Shown here: one piece after another, positions 21,135 to 29,446 of the stretch
Numbering within the stretch: position 1 is the first letter of the stretch
How the letters are laid out: each line of letters opens with the position of its first letter
IMG/VR virus record: IMGVR_UViG_3300027793_000055
Span: 96,001-160,000 of that record
DNA length: 64,000 bases
Origin: a virus
Strand: one strand, 5' to 3'
Notes under the pieces: generated by a model
What the model saw: the letters and a program-made list of their open reading frames with translations, nothing else
Told to the model about the DNA's origin: nothing
Database searches by the model: none
Made by a program: the position numbers and the translations under genes

Positions 21135-22450
21135 AGTACTTTTGCTGCCAAACTTGCGACAGCACTACGTTCACCCTTTTGCAGACTGACGTGGCCAGCT
21201 AAAGATGCTGTTTTAAACTTTTCTACAGCATATGCAAGTCCATTGCTTGTATCATTAACATATATGTTATCAATCTGTTCAATATCACCAGTTAATACAA
21301 TCTTTGTACCTTCACCAACACGAGTAACAATTGTTTTCAACTCGTGAGCAGTAAGATTTTGTGCCTCATCGATAATCATAAAAGCTTTTGCAATTGAACG
21401 ACCACGAATATAGGTAAGGGCTTCAATCTCGATAACACCTCTTGTCATATAATCTTGCAACGTTGCTTTATCATTCCCGAGAAGGAACTGCAAGTTATCC
21501 TGAATTGGTATCAACCAAGGCATCATCTTCTCTTCGAGAGTACCCGGCAGGAAGCCTATATCGCGTCCTAATGGCTGAACTGGTCTTGAGACTATCAGAC
21601 GAGTATACGTCTGCTTTTCAAGCAACTGAGCCAATCCTGCTGCGACTGCTGATAGAGTCTTGCCGGAACCAGCCTTACCAACCAATGTAACAATTGGTAC
21701 ACTTGGATCCATTAATAAGTCAAAAGCAAAACTCTGTTCACGATTTCTGGATTCAACACCAAATACAGCTTTGTTTCTACCTTTAAAGTCTGGTACCTTT
21801 TTCAAGGGCAATTCTTTTCCTAAGAATCTAGCTAGAGCGGTTTTATTAGCATTTTTATTTGATATAAGTGTAATAAACTGATTTGGAAATAGCTTATCAG
21901 CTTGTTTTTCTTCCAAAGTCAATCCTTCACCGCTATATAGTCTCTCAATAAACTCATCATCAACAACCAATTCACATATACCACTGTACAATTCACTTGA
22001 ATCAGAAATAACCTGACTGGCTTCATATGACTCGCTTTGCAAACCAATTGCATCGCAAATAACACGCATATTAACATCACGTGAAACAACGACGACCTTT
22101 TTATCTAAATGTGCTTTAGATACAGCGTATGCAGTTGCAATAATTACATGATCTGGTACCGATAAATCTAGATCTTTTGGAAAATGTGATGCATCAAGGG
22201 CAGCAGATTTTAAAACTCCTTTACCTTTCTGAATTCTAACTCCTTCTTGAAGGGAACCAGACTCTCTTAGTGTATCAAGAATTTTAATAGAGTTACGCGC
22301 ATTTTGGCCTACTGAATCTTGTCTGTTTTTATGTTTATCGACTTCTTCTAGTACTTTTAGAGGGAGTACGATATCGTCTTTTCCAAAAGAAAAGATAGAA
22401 TTGGCACTTGTTAAGAGAACACTTGTATCTAGAACATATATTTTTTTCAT
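21131..22450 (-). CDS. phoH: PhoH-family ATPase with N-terminal PIN domain
   Basis: YVLDTSVLL PIN motif; GKAGSGKT, IGFLPG, YIRGRSI, IIDEAQN, LTGDIEQID. Confidence 0.95.
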   Translation of the reverse strand: MKKIYVLDTSVLLTSANSIFSFGKDDIVLPLKVLEEVDKHKNRQDSVGQNARNSIKILDTLRESGSLQEGVRIQKGKGVLKSAALDASHFPKDLDLSVPDHVIIATAYAVSKAHLDKKVVVVSRDVNMRVICDAIGLQSESYEASQVISDSSELYSGICELVVDDEFIERLYSGEGLTLEEKQADKLFPNQFITLISNKNANKTALARFLGKELPLKKVPDFKGRNKAVFGVESRNREQSFAFDLLMDPSVPIVTLVGKAGSGKTLSAVAAGLAQLLEKQTYTRLIVSRPVQPLGRDIGFLPGTLEEKMMPWLIPIQDNLQFLLGNDKATLQDYMTRGVIEIEALTYIRGRSIAKAFMIIDEAQNLTAHELKTIVTRVGEGTKIVLTGDIEQIDNIYVNDTSNGLAYAVEKFKTASLAGHVSLQKGERSAVASLAAKVL

Positions 22451-22485
22451 ATTGTACCTTTAGGTTTTCGAACACTAGTTATTTT

Positions 22486-23280
22486 ATGGTCACTAAACAC
22501 ATCTTAAAACTAGCTGTTCTTTTATTGTCTGTTTTATCATTAAACTGTACTTCACATACAAATTGTCTTGGTTTAGGTGATATTAAAGACTCAATAATAA
22601 ATATTACTCATACTCATAATAAGACAGTACTTCCTTACGATTCTTTTGTTAAGTTGATTAAAAACGTTTCAGATAAGAATGGAAATATTTTATTTTCTTC
22701 AGTTGCTTCAGGAGTCATACTTTCACATGGTAGTAACCATACAAAAATTTTAACTGCGCGACACTTCTGTGTTGGTTTAGAGAGTAAAGTAGATACAATT
22801 CCAGAAGAACTATTTCCCATAAAAGATGATACAACCATTATTGATGTAAAAAATGAAATACATAACATGTTGTTTTATGCATTTGATGATAAACACGATA
22901 TATGTGTTGTATTGACAAAAAAAATAGAGCAACCGGCAACTATAATATCACCGGTTGCTCCACTAAGAGGAGAAAAAGTTTTTAATATAGCTGCACCGCT
23001 TGGCATCTCAGATGGAAAAGCGGTGCTTTTATTTGAAGGATATTATGCTGGCGATTTTTATTCACCGCTAATTCGTTCAAACTCTTCCCTATATTCCATA
23101 CCCACAAAGAGCGGTAGTTCCGGTTCTGCAATCTTCAATGAACACGGAGAATTAATAGGTATTACCTATGCTGGTGTAAGTGAATTTGAAAATATCTGTA
23201 TTGCAGTACCCTGGAAAGATCTTAAAAGATTTATAGAATTTATAGAATCAGCACCGATACCTGATCTAGATATTGAATAA
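22486..23280 (+). CDS. Trypsin-like (S1) serine protease with signal peptide or lipobox
   Basis: TARHFC (His), DICVV (Asp), GSSGSA (Ser); hydrophobic N-terminus ending LSLNC; start at 22486 behind an ACTAGTTA motif. Confidence 0.88.
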   Translation: MVTKHILKLAVLLLSVLSLNCTSHTNCLGLGDIKDSIINITHTHNKTVLPYDSFVKLIKNVSDKNGNILFSSVASGVILSHGSNHTKILTARHFCVGLESKVDTIPEELFPIKDDTTIIDVKNEIHNMLFYAFDDKHDICVVLTKKIEQPATIISPVAPLRGEKVFNIAAPLGISDGKAVLLFEGYYAGDFYSPLIRSNSSLYSIPTKSGSSGSAIFNEHGELIGITYAGVSEFENICIAVPWKDLKRFIEFIESAPIPDLDIE

Positions 23281-23351
23281 GCTGCTTATTGGATTTGCGC
23301 CAATCTCTGAGCATTACAAGTGCTCTGCATCGCTATCTATGCTTAAGCAGC
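23280..23351 (-). tRNA. tRNA-Thr(TGT), non-canonical D and T loops, no encoded CCA
   Basis: GCTGCTT/AAGCAGC acceptor, GCAT/ATGC D stem, GAGCA-CTTGTAA-TGCTC, ATTGG-CGCAAAT-CCAAT. Confidence 0.8.
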
Positions 23352-23374
23352 ATACTTCTATCTAGTAGATATAA

Positions 23375-23908
23375 TTAAAAACCTACAATTTGTTTAGTCG
23401 CTTCATATAAAAAAATATTTGCTGCTTGACTTGTATTTAAACAAAAACCAATTCCTGGCATATTAATAAAGATTTTTTGACTATTATTTAATATATCTGC
23501 TGGAATTCCAATTTGTTCGTGACCAACAACAATACAGATCTTTTTAAAATCTGTTAGATCATTCTTGAAATTATATTTATGAATTGAAACAGCTTCTGGG
23601 TCCAATTCTGCGCTAATAACTTTAATGTGGTTATTTTTACAATATTGTAGAAATTCATGAGGATTACTAAACTGATTAATTGGTACATAATCTTGTAACG
23701 TACCGGATCGTGTTGCGAGTGTTTTTCTTTTTGGTACTGACCCAATAACATTCACGGCTGCAGCACCAAAACAAGCCGCACTACGTAATACAAATGCTAC
23801 ATTAACTTCTTCTTTAAAATTAACAGTACAAACTTCGATTGGTAATCGAGTTGAAATATTTTGTTTATTATTATAGCGTTCACGACGTGTTTGATTACGG
23901 TTTGTCAT
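23375..23908 (-). CDS. SpoU/TrmH-family (SPOUT) RNA 2'-O-methyltransferase
   Basis: NVAFVLRSAACFG, VVGHEQIG, INMPGIGFCLNTSQAA. Confidence 0.9.
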   Translation of the reverse strand: MTNRNQTRRERYNNKQNISTRLPIEVCTVNFKEEVNVAFVLRSAACFGAAAVNVIGSVPKRKTLATRSGTLQDYVPINQFSNPHEFLQYCKNNHIKVISAELDPEAVSIHKYNFKNDLTDFKKICIVVGHEQIGIPADILNNSQKIFINMPGIGFCLNTSQAANIFLYEATKQIVGF

Positions 23909-23941
23909 AAGATAGTTATAATCTAATAAAAGTCAATTAAA

Positions 23942-24015
23942 TGGTTGGGGAACTAGGATTCGAACCTAGATAAACGGAATCAAAATCCGTTGTCCTGCCG
24001 TTAGACGATTCCCCA
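23942..24015 (-). tRNA. tRNA-Gln(TTG)
   Basis: Cloverleaf, ACGGA-TTTTGAT-TCCGT, TTCGAAT, CCA. Confidence 0.95.
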
Positions 24016-24018
24016 TAA

Positions 24019-24049
24019 GTACAAAACCCACATAAAGTGGGTTTTGTAC
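24019..24049. terminator. Perfect 13-bp hairpin between a gene and tRNA-Gln
   Basis: GTACAAAACCCAC-ATAAA-GTGGGTTTTGTAC. Confidence 0.55.
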
Positions 24050-24069
24050 AATTTTAAATTTTATTTAAA

Positions 24070-24315
24070 TCAACGAGCGCGATAAACAGTAACCTGATGA
24101 CGGGTATTACGATTTAGTTCGGTACGATTAGTTGGGCGTAGAGTACCTTCAGAAATTAGATCACGGAAGGCTTTGGTAACAAATCCACCACGTTCTGATC
24201 CTTCAAAATGAAGGCGCATTACATTTACAACATCAGCAGCAGATACAGTACCATTCTCTAGAACACGTGAACGAATTTCGGACTTGAGATAGGTAAGAGC
24301 GCGATTTGATGACAT
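24070..24315 (-). CDS. Small probable winged-helix DNA-binding protein
   Basis: 81 aa, helix-rich with C-terminal hairpin (VTVYRAR); GC-richer codons. Confidence 0.45.
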   Translation of the reverse strand: MSSNRALTYLKSEIRSRVLENGTVSAADVVNVMRLHFEGSERGGFVTKAFRDLISEGTLRPTNRTELNRNTRHQVTVYRAR

Positions 24316-24361
24316 ATTTATTTCCTTAGTAAATAACTTTTTTAGAGAAAGTTTAAACTCT

Positions 24362-24447
24362 TGGTGGGAAGTGAGAGATTCGAACTCCCTAAAGCAATGC
24401 CGTCAGATTTACAGTCTGATGTAACTCGCCATCGTTACCGACTTCCC
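24362..24447 (-). tRNA. tRNA-Tyr(GTA)
   Basis: TCAGA-CTGTAAA-TCTGA, long variable arm, CCA. Confidence 0.93.
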
Positions 24448-24451
24448 AAAT

Positions 24452-24904
24452 TTATTTATTTCTACCAGCGTAAGTATCAGTTTGACTATGACAATTTGGA
24501 CAAAGTATTCTTAAGTTTTCTAATCTATTATCAGAATTGTTGCCATTAACATGATCAAGTTGAAGAACAATCTTTTTTCCATTCCAAGTGTCTTGTAGAC
24601 CACATTCAGAACATTTATTTACAATTAATTTTTCTCTTATTAATCGTTTTTTTAATTTACAAGTTTGATATGTGGAATTTTCTACTAATATATCTTTTAA
24701 AGATTGAGATTTACTCCAACTATGTGACTTTCCTTTTAAGTGGCCTTGTCCAGTAAAATGCGAAGTATCTAAATTAAATTGTTTTATTTTTCTTTGCAAA
24801 ATTCTATAATTTCCACCTATTGGCTTAAGATCTAATTTTTTTAATACTTGTGCATATGAAAAACTCTCTTTAACTATTTCTTGTAATTTATCTTTTTCAT
24901 TCAT
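24452..24904 (-). mobile_element. Free-standing HNH endonuclease between tRNAs
   Basis: CSECG...LQLDHVNGNNSDNRLENLRILCPNCHSQT; start MNEKDK 3 nt downstream of the tRNA-Leu CCA. Confidence 0.88.
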
Positions 24905-24907
24905 TTT

Positions 24908-24985
24908 TGGTGGGTACGGTGGGATTCGAACCCACACTGTATTGATTTTAAGTCAACTGTCTCCTACCGGTTGGACTACATACCC
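24908..24985 (-). tRNA. tRNA-Leu(TAA) with short variable loop
   Basis: GTTGA-CTTAAAA-TCAAT, 5-nt variable loop ACAGT, A73, CCA. Confidence 0.9.
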
Positions 24986-24991
24986 CTGGTT

Positions 24992-25234
24992 TTAATGAAT
25001 CGTTTTTAGTCCGTCTAGCTCCTCTTGCAGCTGCCGCACCATCATACCAAGATCTTCAGCTTCTGTCAAGAGGTCGTCATTTTCTTTTTTAAGGTTTAAG
25101 TTTTCTGTTTTAATTTTAACAAATTCAGTCGAAATTTTTAAGTAATTAACAAGAAGATATTTTAAAGTATCTTCAATTTCAGGCATTTGTTTGATAAAGC
25201 TAACAATTTGATCAGTTTTTTCTTTTGTAATCAT
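24992..25234 (-). CDS. Hypothetical coiled-coil protein
   Basis: 80 aa, between tRNAs. Confidence 0.6.
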   Translation of the reverse strand: MITKEKTDQIVSFIKQMPEIEDTLKYLLVNYLKISTEFVKIKTENLNLKKENDDLLTEAEDLGMMVRQLQEELDGLKTIH

Positions 25235-25240
25235 AATTTA

Positions 25241-25327
25241 TGGTGCCGGAAGAGGGGGTCGAACCCTCATGCTATTGCTAGCAGCAGATTTTGAGTCTGC
25301 CGTGTCTGCCAGTTCCACCATCCCGGC
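25241..25327 (-). tRNA. tRNA-Leu(CAA)
   Basis: GCAGA-CTCAAAA-TCTGC, long variable arm, CCA. Confidence 0.95.
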
Positions 25328-25336
25328 GTATGCCCC

Positions 25337-25365
25337 ATCTTAGCACGGGGCAGGCGATCTGTCAA
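25337..25365 (-). promoter_or_regulatory. sigma70-type promoter for tRNA-Leu
   Basis: TTGACA-N17-TAAGAT with TG extension; GATC in spacer. Confidence 0.85.
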
Positions 25366-25371
25366 GAGCAG

Positions 25372-25569
25372 TCAGTCTTCATCACTATCAAATTCTTGCC
25401 ACTCATCTGTTGCTCGGCGATTAAAGCCATATTCTACCCAATCATTAAGCAATTTAAACCACTCATGAGCATTGCGATTATGAAATGTACCTGAATGTAC
25501 ATTCTCTTCAAATTCTACTAGGTCTTCTTGAATCATTTCTAGGAATGTTTCAACATCAATCTTCTTCAT
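25372..25569 (-). CDS. Acidic hypothetical protein
   Basis: 65 aa, coupled to upstream ORF. Confidence 0.55.
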   Translation of the reverse strand: MKKIDVETFLEMIQEDLVEFEENVHSGTFHNRNAHEWFKLLNDWVEYGFNRRATDEWQEFDSDED

Positions 25570-25889
25570 TTAACTACCGACCATCCTTGTTTTTTTAGGG
25601 TTTCTAACTGTTCATTTAACCATTTATCATTTGGTTCTTTTGAACGTAAAATAAGTTTTTTATTTTCTTGTGAAATAGGAAAAGCTATATGCATCAAGCC
25701 AGATAAGCCGGCTAATGATACTGTTTTAACACGAAAAATAATTCCACTATCTAATATTTCCATACCATGTTGTGGTACAAATGCTGCTTCCATATATTTA
25801 CGGAGTTTAATACGCTTTTGTCCAACGTGTGTATCGTTAATTATTTCAATTAAAAATTCTAGTTGAGTTTTGTTTGACATAATTTTCAC
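25566..25889 (-). CDS. Hypothetical protein
   Basis: 107 aa, coupled overlaps. Confidence 0.55.
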   Translation of the reverse strand: MKIMSNKTQLEFLIEIINDTHVGQKRIKLRKYMEAAFVPQHGMEILDSGIIFRVKTVSLAGLSGLMHIAFPISQENKKLILRSKEPNDKWLNEQLETLKKQGWSVVK

Positions 25890-26152
25890 CAGGTATCATA
25901 TTCTGTTACATCAAATTCTTTATTTGTATACGTATGTATAACTTTTGTTACTGTTCCTATTGAAGTTGGAATAAAAATATATCTTATTCCACCACCTATA
26001 GCGCCATAATATGCATATTTACCGCCACAAGTTAAATCATACCACTCATCAAAAGTCATAGTATTTTTTTGTTCTTCTATAACTTCTTGATCAATTTTTT
26101 TTAACCACTTATTAATCTTTTCTTGTTGCTCGCTGGTTAATTCAAATTTCAT
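25886..26152 (-). CDS. Hypothetical phage protein (YYGAIGGG...FIPTSIG motif)
   Basis: 88 aa, coupled overlaps. Confidence 0.65.
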   Translation of the reverse strand: MKFELTSEQQEKINKWLKKIDQEVIEEQKNTMTFDEWYDLTCGGKYAYYGAIGGGIRYIFIPTSIGTVTKVIHTYTNKEFDVTEYDTW

Positions 26153-26601
26153 ATTGATTGCTCTGGACAGGAAAGTATTTCTATTCCTCTTTTCTTGAGA
26201 AGATCTAAACCCTTTTCACTGCGATATGGTAGACAATAAATTACTTTTTTAATATTAGAATTAATTATTAATCTAGCGCAAACAGGACAAGGAGCGTGAG
26301 TTATATATATCTTCCTAGGTCTTGGATCATTATAGTTCATTTTTGCTATGGCATTAACTTCTGCATGAATGAAATTTGAACAGCCAGGTTCTAAACTATC
26401 TGGCTTATTATCTCCACCTTTTTCATCGCCATTATAACCAATAGCTAAAACGGTTTCATTATCTTCCGTGACAATAACAGCGCCCACTTTTAATCGTGGG
26501 TCATTTGAGCGGGTTGCGATATCATTTGCAAGTCGCATCCAGATATCATCCCAAGATAGTTTAAATTTACGCATCGCCTTTTTTCTGCTGAACCGAACCA
26601 A
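26149..26601 (-). CDS. dCMP deaminase (ComEB-like)
   Basis: KVGAVIV, GYNG, HAEVNA, PCPVC. Confidence 0.92.
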   Translation of the reverse strand: MVRFSRKKAMRKFKLSWDDIWMRLANDIATRSNDPRLKVGAVIVTEDNETVLAIGYNGDEKGGDNKPDSLEPGCSNFIHAEVNAIAKMNYNDPRPRKIYITHAPCPVCARLIINSNIKKVIYCLPYRSEKGLDLLKKRGIEILSCPEQSI

Positions 26602-26857
26602 GTTCTTGGCTTATTAATGACAAGAGATATTTTTCTGCACTGCTCTTTGTCATTTCTATAGCTTCATTATCGACATTTTCATTTCTTAATTTAAACTCAA
26701 AATAACCAGTTACAGTCAATAATGATGAATAAACTAACAATACTGATTGTGGATCTTCATCGTGCAAATTATAATACACAGCTTCAGTAATATCAGAAAT
26801 ACATTTTTGTATTCTTTCTGATAATTCAAATATCTTTTCGTATTCGTCGTCTTTCAA
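26567..26857 (-). CDS. Hypothetical protein
   Basis: 96 aa, in operon. Confidence 0.55.
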   Translation of the reverse strand: MKDDEYEKIFELSERIQKCISDITEAVYYNLHDEDPQSVLLVYSSLLTVTGYFEFKLRNENVDNEAIEMTKSSAEKYLLSLISQELGSVQQKKGDA

Positions 26858-27006
26858 GACTTGCCTCTAAATTTCTTTTTATAACAAATATCACACAAAC
26901 ATTCACCTTTACAGGTTGTATGTTGAAACTCATTTAAACAAGTATCACACATACGGTGCGGCAGCTTAAGAAATTTACGTAGTAATTTTGAAATAAAATG
27001 TGGCAT
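26854..27006 (-). CDS. Small Cys-rich (CxxC...CxCxxC) protein, 50 aa
   Basis: Manual translation MPHFISKLLRKFLKLPHRMCDTCLNEFQHTTCKGECLCDICYKKKFRGKS; stop overlaps next start. Confidence 0.5.
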   Translation of the reverse strand: MPHFISKLLRKFLKLPHRMCDTCLNEFQHTTCKGECLCDICYKKKFRGKS

Positions 27007-27039
27007 AAGAAATATGATCTGAACTCGATAATGCTAATT

Positions 27040-27116
27040 TGGTGCCCTGTGAGGAATTCGAATCCCCGACCTTACCGGTAGAAACGGTTTGCTCTGTCCA
27101 ACTGAGCTAACAGGGC
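27040..27116 (-). tRNA. tRNA-Arg(TCT)
   Basis: Cloverleaf, loop TT-TCT-AC, CCA. Confidence 0.92.
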
Positions 27117-27122
27117 ATACTT

Positions 27123-27260
27123 TTATTTTCCTAGCAAACGATAAATATCTACAAAACCAACACATTGACCAACTGTCAGACAAACAATTAGTAGGGCCCC
27201 TAGGCCACCAAATTGTCTAAAGAATTCTCTAACGGCACCAGCCCAAGTATCAGGTTGCAT
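27123..27260 (-). CDS. Small membrane peptide, 45 aa
   Basis: Manual translation MQPDTWAGAVREFFRQFGGLGALLIVCLTVGQCVGFVDIYRLLGK. Confidence 0.5.
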   Translation of the reverse strand: MQPDTWAGAVREFFRQFGGLGALLIVCLTVGQCVGFVDIYRLLGK

Positions 27261-27576
27261 TTTGTTTTTCTTTCTCTAGATAGAATTTTTCTACTTTTAC
27301 TCTATGTTGATGTAATAATACAATTAAACGGTTTAAATCGTCCTCTTTGATTGTTGCAATATCCCAATGACCAAATTTGCATTCATAACCAAAGAGGTAT
27401 TTTACGGCTGTTACAAAGCGTTTAAACAAGCCTCTGTACTGGTTTAACTGAATTGAGATATAAAGTTCCGGTGGAAGATCTCTATCCCAAGCATTTTCAG
27501 AAGTAACACGAAAAATGTGTTGTTCACTTTGACAATCACAATCAAAATGATGATTTTCGAAAGTATTGTTATTCAT
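27250..27576 (-). CDS. Hypothetical phage protein (CDC...H motif)
   Basis: 108 aa. Confidence 0.6.
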   Translation of the reverse strand: MNNNTFENHHFDCDCQSEQHIFRVTSENAWDRDLPPELYISIQLNQYRGLFKRFVTAVKYLFGYECKFGHWDIATIKEDDLNRLIVLLHQHRVKVEKFYLEKEKQNAT

Positions 27577-27592
27577 ATTATTTATATATATT

Positions 27593-27669
27593 TGGTACTC
27601 CCGGTTGGATTTGAACCAACGACTTTCGCCTTATAAGAGCGACACTCTAACCAACTGAGTTACGGGAGC
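27593..27669 (-). tRNA. tRNA-Ile(TAT)
   Basis: TCGCT-CTTATAA-GGCGA, TTCAAAT, A73, CCA. Confidence 0.92.
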
Positions 27670-27706
27670 ACATCCACCAAACCGTCTGGGGCCGATCTGG
27701 TGAACC

Positions 27707-27735
27707 ATCTTAACACGATCTGGGGAGCGCGTCAA
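27707..27735 (-). promoter_or_regulatory. sigma70-type promoter for tRNA-Ile
   Basis: TTGACG-N17-TAAGAT; GATC in spacer. Confidence 0.85.
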
Positions 27736-27992
27736 GCAGTAGGCGTTTGTTTTTTATTTTTTTTAGATTTCTGCTCAACAACAATTTCTTCTGGCTTTCG
27801 TGATTTAACTACAAATTTACCAGTCGATGGTAGAAATTTTACTTTTGCTTTTAGTCCATCTTTGCTATCAGTAAGCAAATTTTTTCTTACAGAATCCGCT
27901 GTTTCAAAACTGTCACAGACTTTTTCGACTTTCCACGGTTGACCTTGTTTTTGTTCAACCACTTCTTTAAGATCGTTCATATTGTGCTCCAA
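27732..27992 (-). CDS. Basic hypothetical protein
   Basis: 86 aa. Confidence 0.6.
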   Translation of the reverse strand: MEHNMNDLKEVVEQKQGQPWKVEKVCDSFETADSVRKNLLTDSKDGLKAKVKFLPSTGKFVVKSRKPEEIVVEQKSKKNKKQTPTA

Positions 27993-28056
27993 AATATTTA
28001 ACGGAATTACAGAGATTCAAAATCGTAATTTCAATTCTTCTGAACTATTTACTGTT

Positions 28057-28710
28057 ATGAAGATGTATAACAGAACTTGTCTTGTTTGTAAATGTAATTT
28101 TCTTAGAAATTCAAGCGATGAAGCTAGCAGAAGAAATAAAAATATGATTTTGGAATTTTGTTCTAAAAACTGTTATAAGCAGTATCAACAAAATTTAAAA
28201 ACCAAAGTCAACTGTCGCAATTGTAATACTAGTTTTTTTAAAAAACAAAATCAAATTTTAAAAACAAAAAATAATTTTTGTTCCAAATCATGCGCGGCGA
28301 CTTTCAATAATAAGAATAAAGTCTTTGGTATTCGACGCTCTAAATTAGAAATGTATATAGAAGAACAATTAAGAAATGATTTTCCATCTTTAAAATTTGT
28401 TTTTAATTCAAAAGAATTGATACAATCAGAATTAGATATTTTTATACCTGAATTAAAATTAGCTTTTGAATTAAATGGAATATTTCATTATGAACCAATT
28501 TATGGTAATTCAAAACTTGATAAAATTCAAAATAACGATAAACAAAAAATTATCGCCTGTTTTGAACAAGGAATAGAACTTTGTATAATTGATACTTCAT
28601 CTTGTAAGTATTTAAATAATAACAATAAAATTAAATATTATAAAATTGTTAAGGACTTGGTCATTCAAAATATTGAACGTGCAGAAAAAACCAACGTGCA
28701 GGTGCCTTAA
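28057..28710 (+). mobile_element. Probable homing endonuclease: tandem CxxC...FCSKxC zinc fingers plus Vsr/DUF559-like nuclease domain
   Basis: SKLEMY...ELDIFIPELKLAFELNGIFHY; opposite strand to neighbours; ACTATTTA at 28044-28051. Confidence 0.75.
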
Positions 28711-28720
28711 TTTTTTTCCT

Positions 28721-28805
28721 CGGGCAGAGTGAGATTCGAACTCACGATACCTCTCGGTATGCCGGGTTAGTAATCCGGTGCCGTAAGCCACTTGGCTATC
28801 TGCCC
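28721..28805 (-). tRNA. tRNA-Ser(ACT), no encoded CCA
   Basis: GGGCAGA/TCTGCCC acceptor, G73, long variable arm ATACC-GAGA-GGTAT, loop TT-ACT-AA with A31.C39 mismatch. Confidence 0.82.
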
Positions 28806-28814
28806 ACTTTAAGT

Positions 28815-28843
28815 ATCATAAACCAAACTTGAAGGTTTGTAAA
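28815..28843 (-). promoter_or_regulatory. sigma70-type promoter for tRNA-Ser
   Basis: TTTACA-N17-TATGAT. Confidence 0.7.
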
Positions 28844-28848
28844 GAGGT

Positions 28849-29445
28849 TTATCGTTGTGTCTTATTGCCTTGTGCTGCTGCACGGCGGCGAGTAATTTCG
28901 CTATCTTCTGGACTGATTACGGTTGATTTTGGTTGTTGTCTTTTTGCTCTTCCAATTGCAGTTTGTTTTGCTGCTTGAACTTTAATTCTTTCTTCTTCGT
29001 CTTCATCAGAGTCTTCTTCAGAGTCTTCTTCACCAGCTTCTTTTTTTTGTAGATCTAATCTTGCTTGTGTAATTTCTTCTGGCTCTTCTACTTTCTGTTC
29101 TAGGAAAGCTTTAAACCCGGAAATATTTTCCTTATCTAGACCTATTTTAAATAAAAGATTTTCTATGTAATCGTGCACATGTGTATTTGATATTTTTCTT
29201 CCTGCAATTACATCTTCTTCCGGCGTACCAGTTACAAGACCAGAAGATCTATTTAATTGTGTTCCAAAGTTTTCTATTTCTTGTATTTGAGAAATAATTT
29301 TTGCTTCAGGAGTGTTTGGTTCTGGTTGGAACTCGGTTACAAAATATTTTAAAACATCAACAGCATCTTGATGAATTGTTGATTCGCTTCTTTCTTGCAA
29401 CATATTTTTTTTAAATTCTTGTAATAGTTTTTTCATGTCATTCAT
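28849..29445 (-). CDS. Probable internal head protein, acidic/basic low complexity
   Basis: N-terminal KKLLQEFKKNMLQE motif. Confidence 0.5.
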   Translation of the reverse strand: MNDMKKLLQEFKKNMLQERSESTIHQDAVDVLKYFVTEFQPEPNTPEAKIISQIQEIENFGTQLNRSSGLVTGTPEEDVIAGRKISNTHVHDYIENLLFKIGLDKENISGFKAFLEQKVEEPEEITQARLDLQKKEAGEEDSEEDSDEDEEERIKVQAAKQTAIGRAKRQQPKSTVISPEDSEITRRRAAAQGNKTQR

Positions 29446-29446
29446 T

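Noticed and set aside
24361-25494. ORFs 24361-24549 (+), 25291-25494 (+) and the N-terminal extension of the HNH ORF
   Set aside because: They overlap tRNA genes; translation artefacts
28721-28805. Reading the Ser tRNA as an amber (CTA) suppressor, implying a recoded genome
   Set aside because: Stem register and U33 place ACT at 34-36; long ORFs are intact under the standard code and several genes end in TAG
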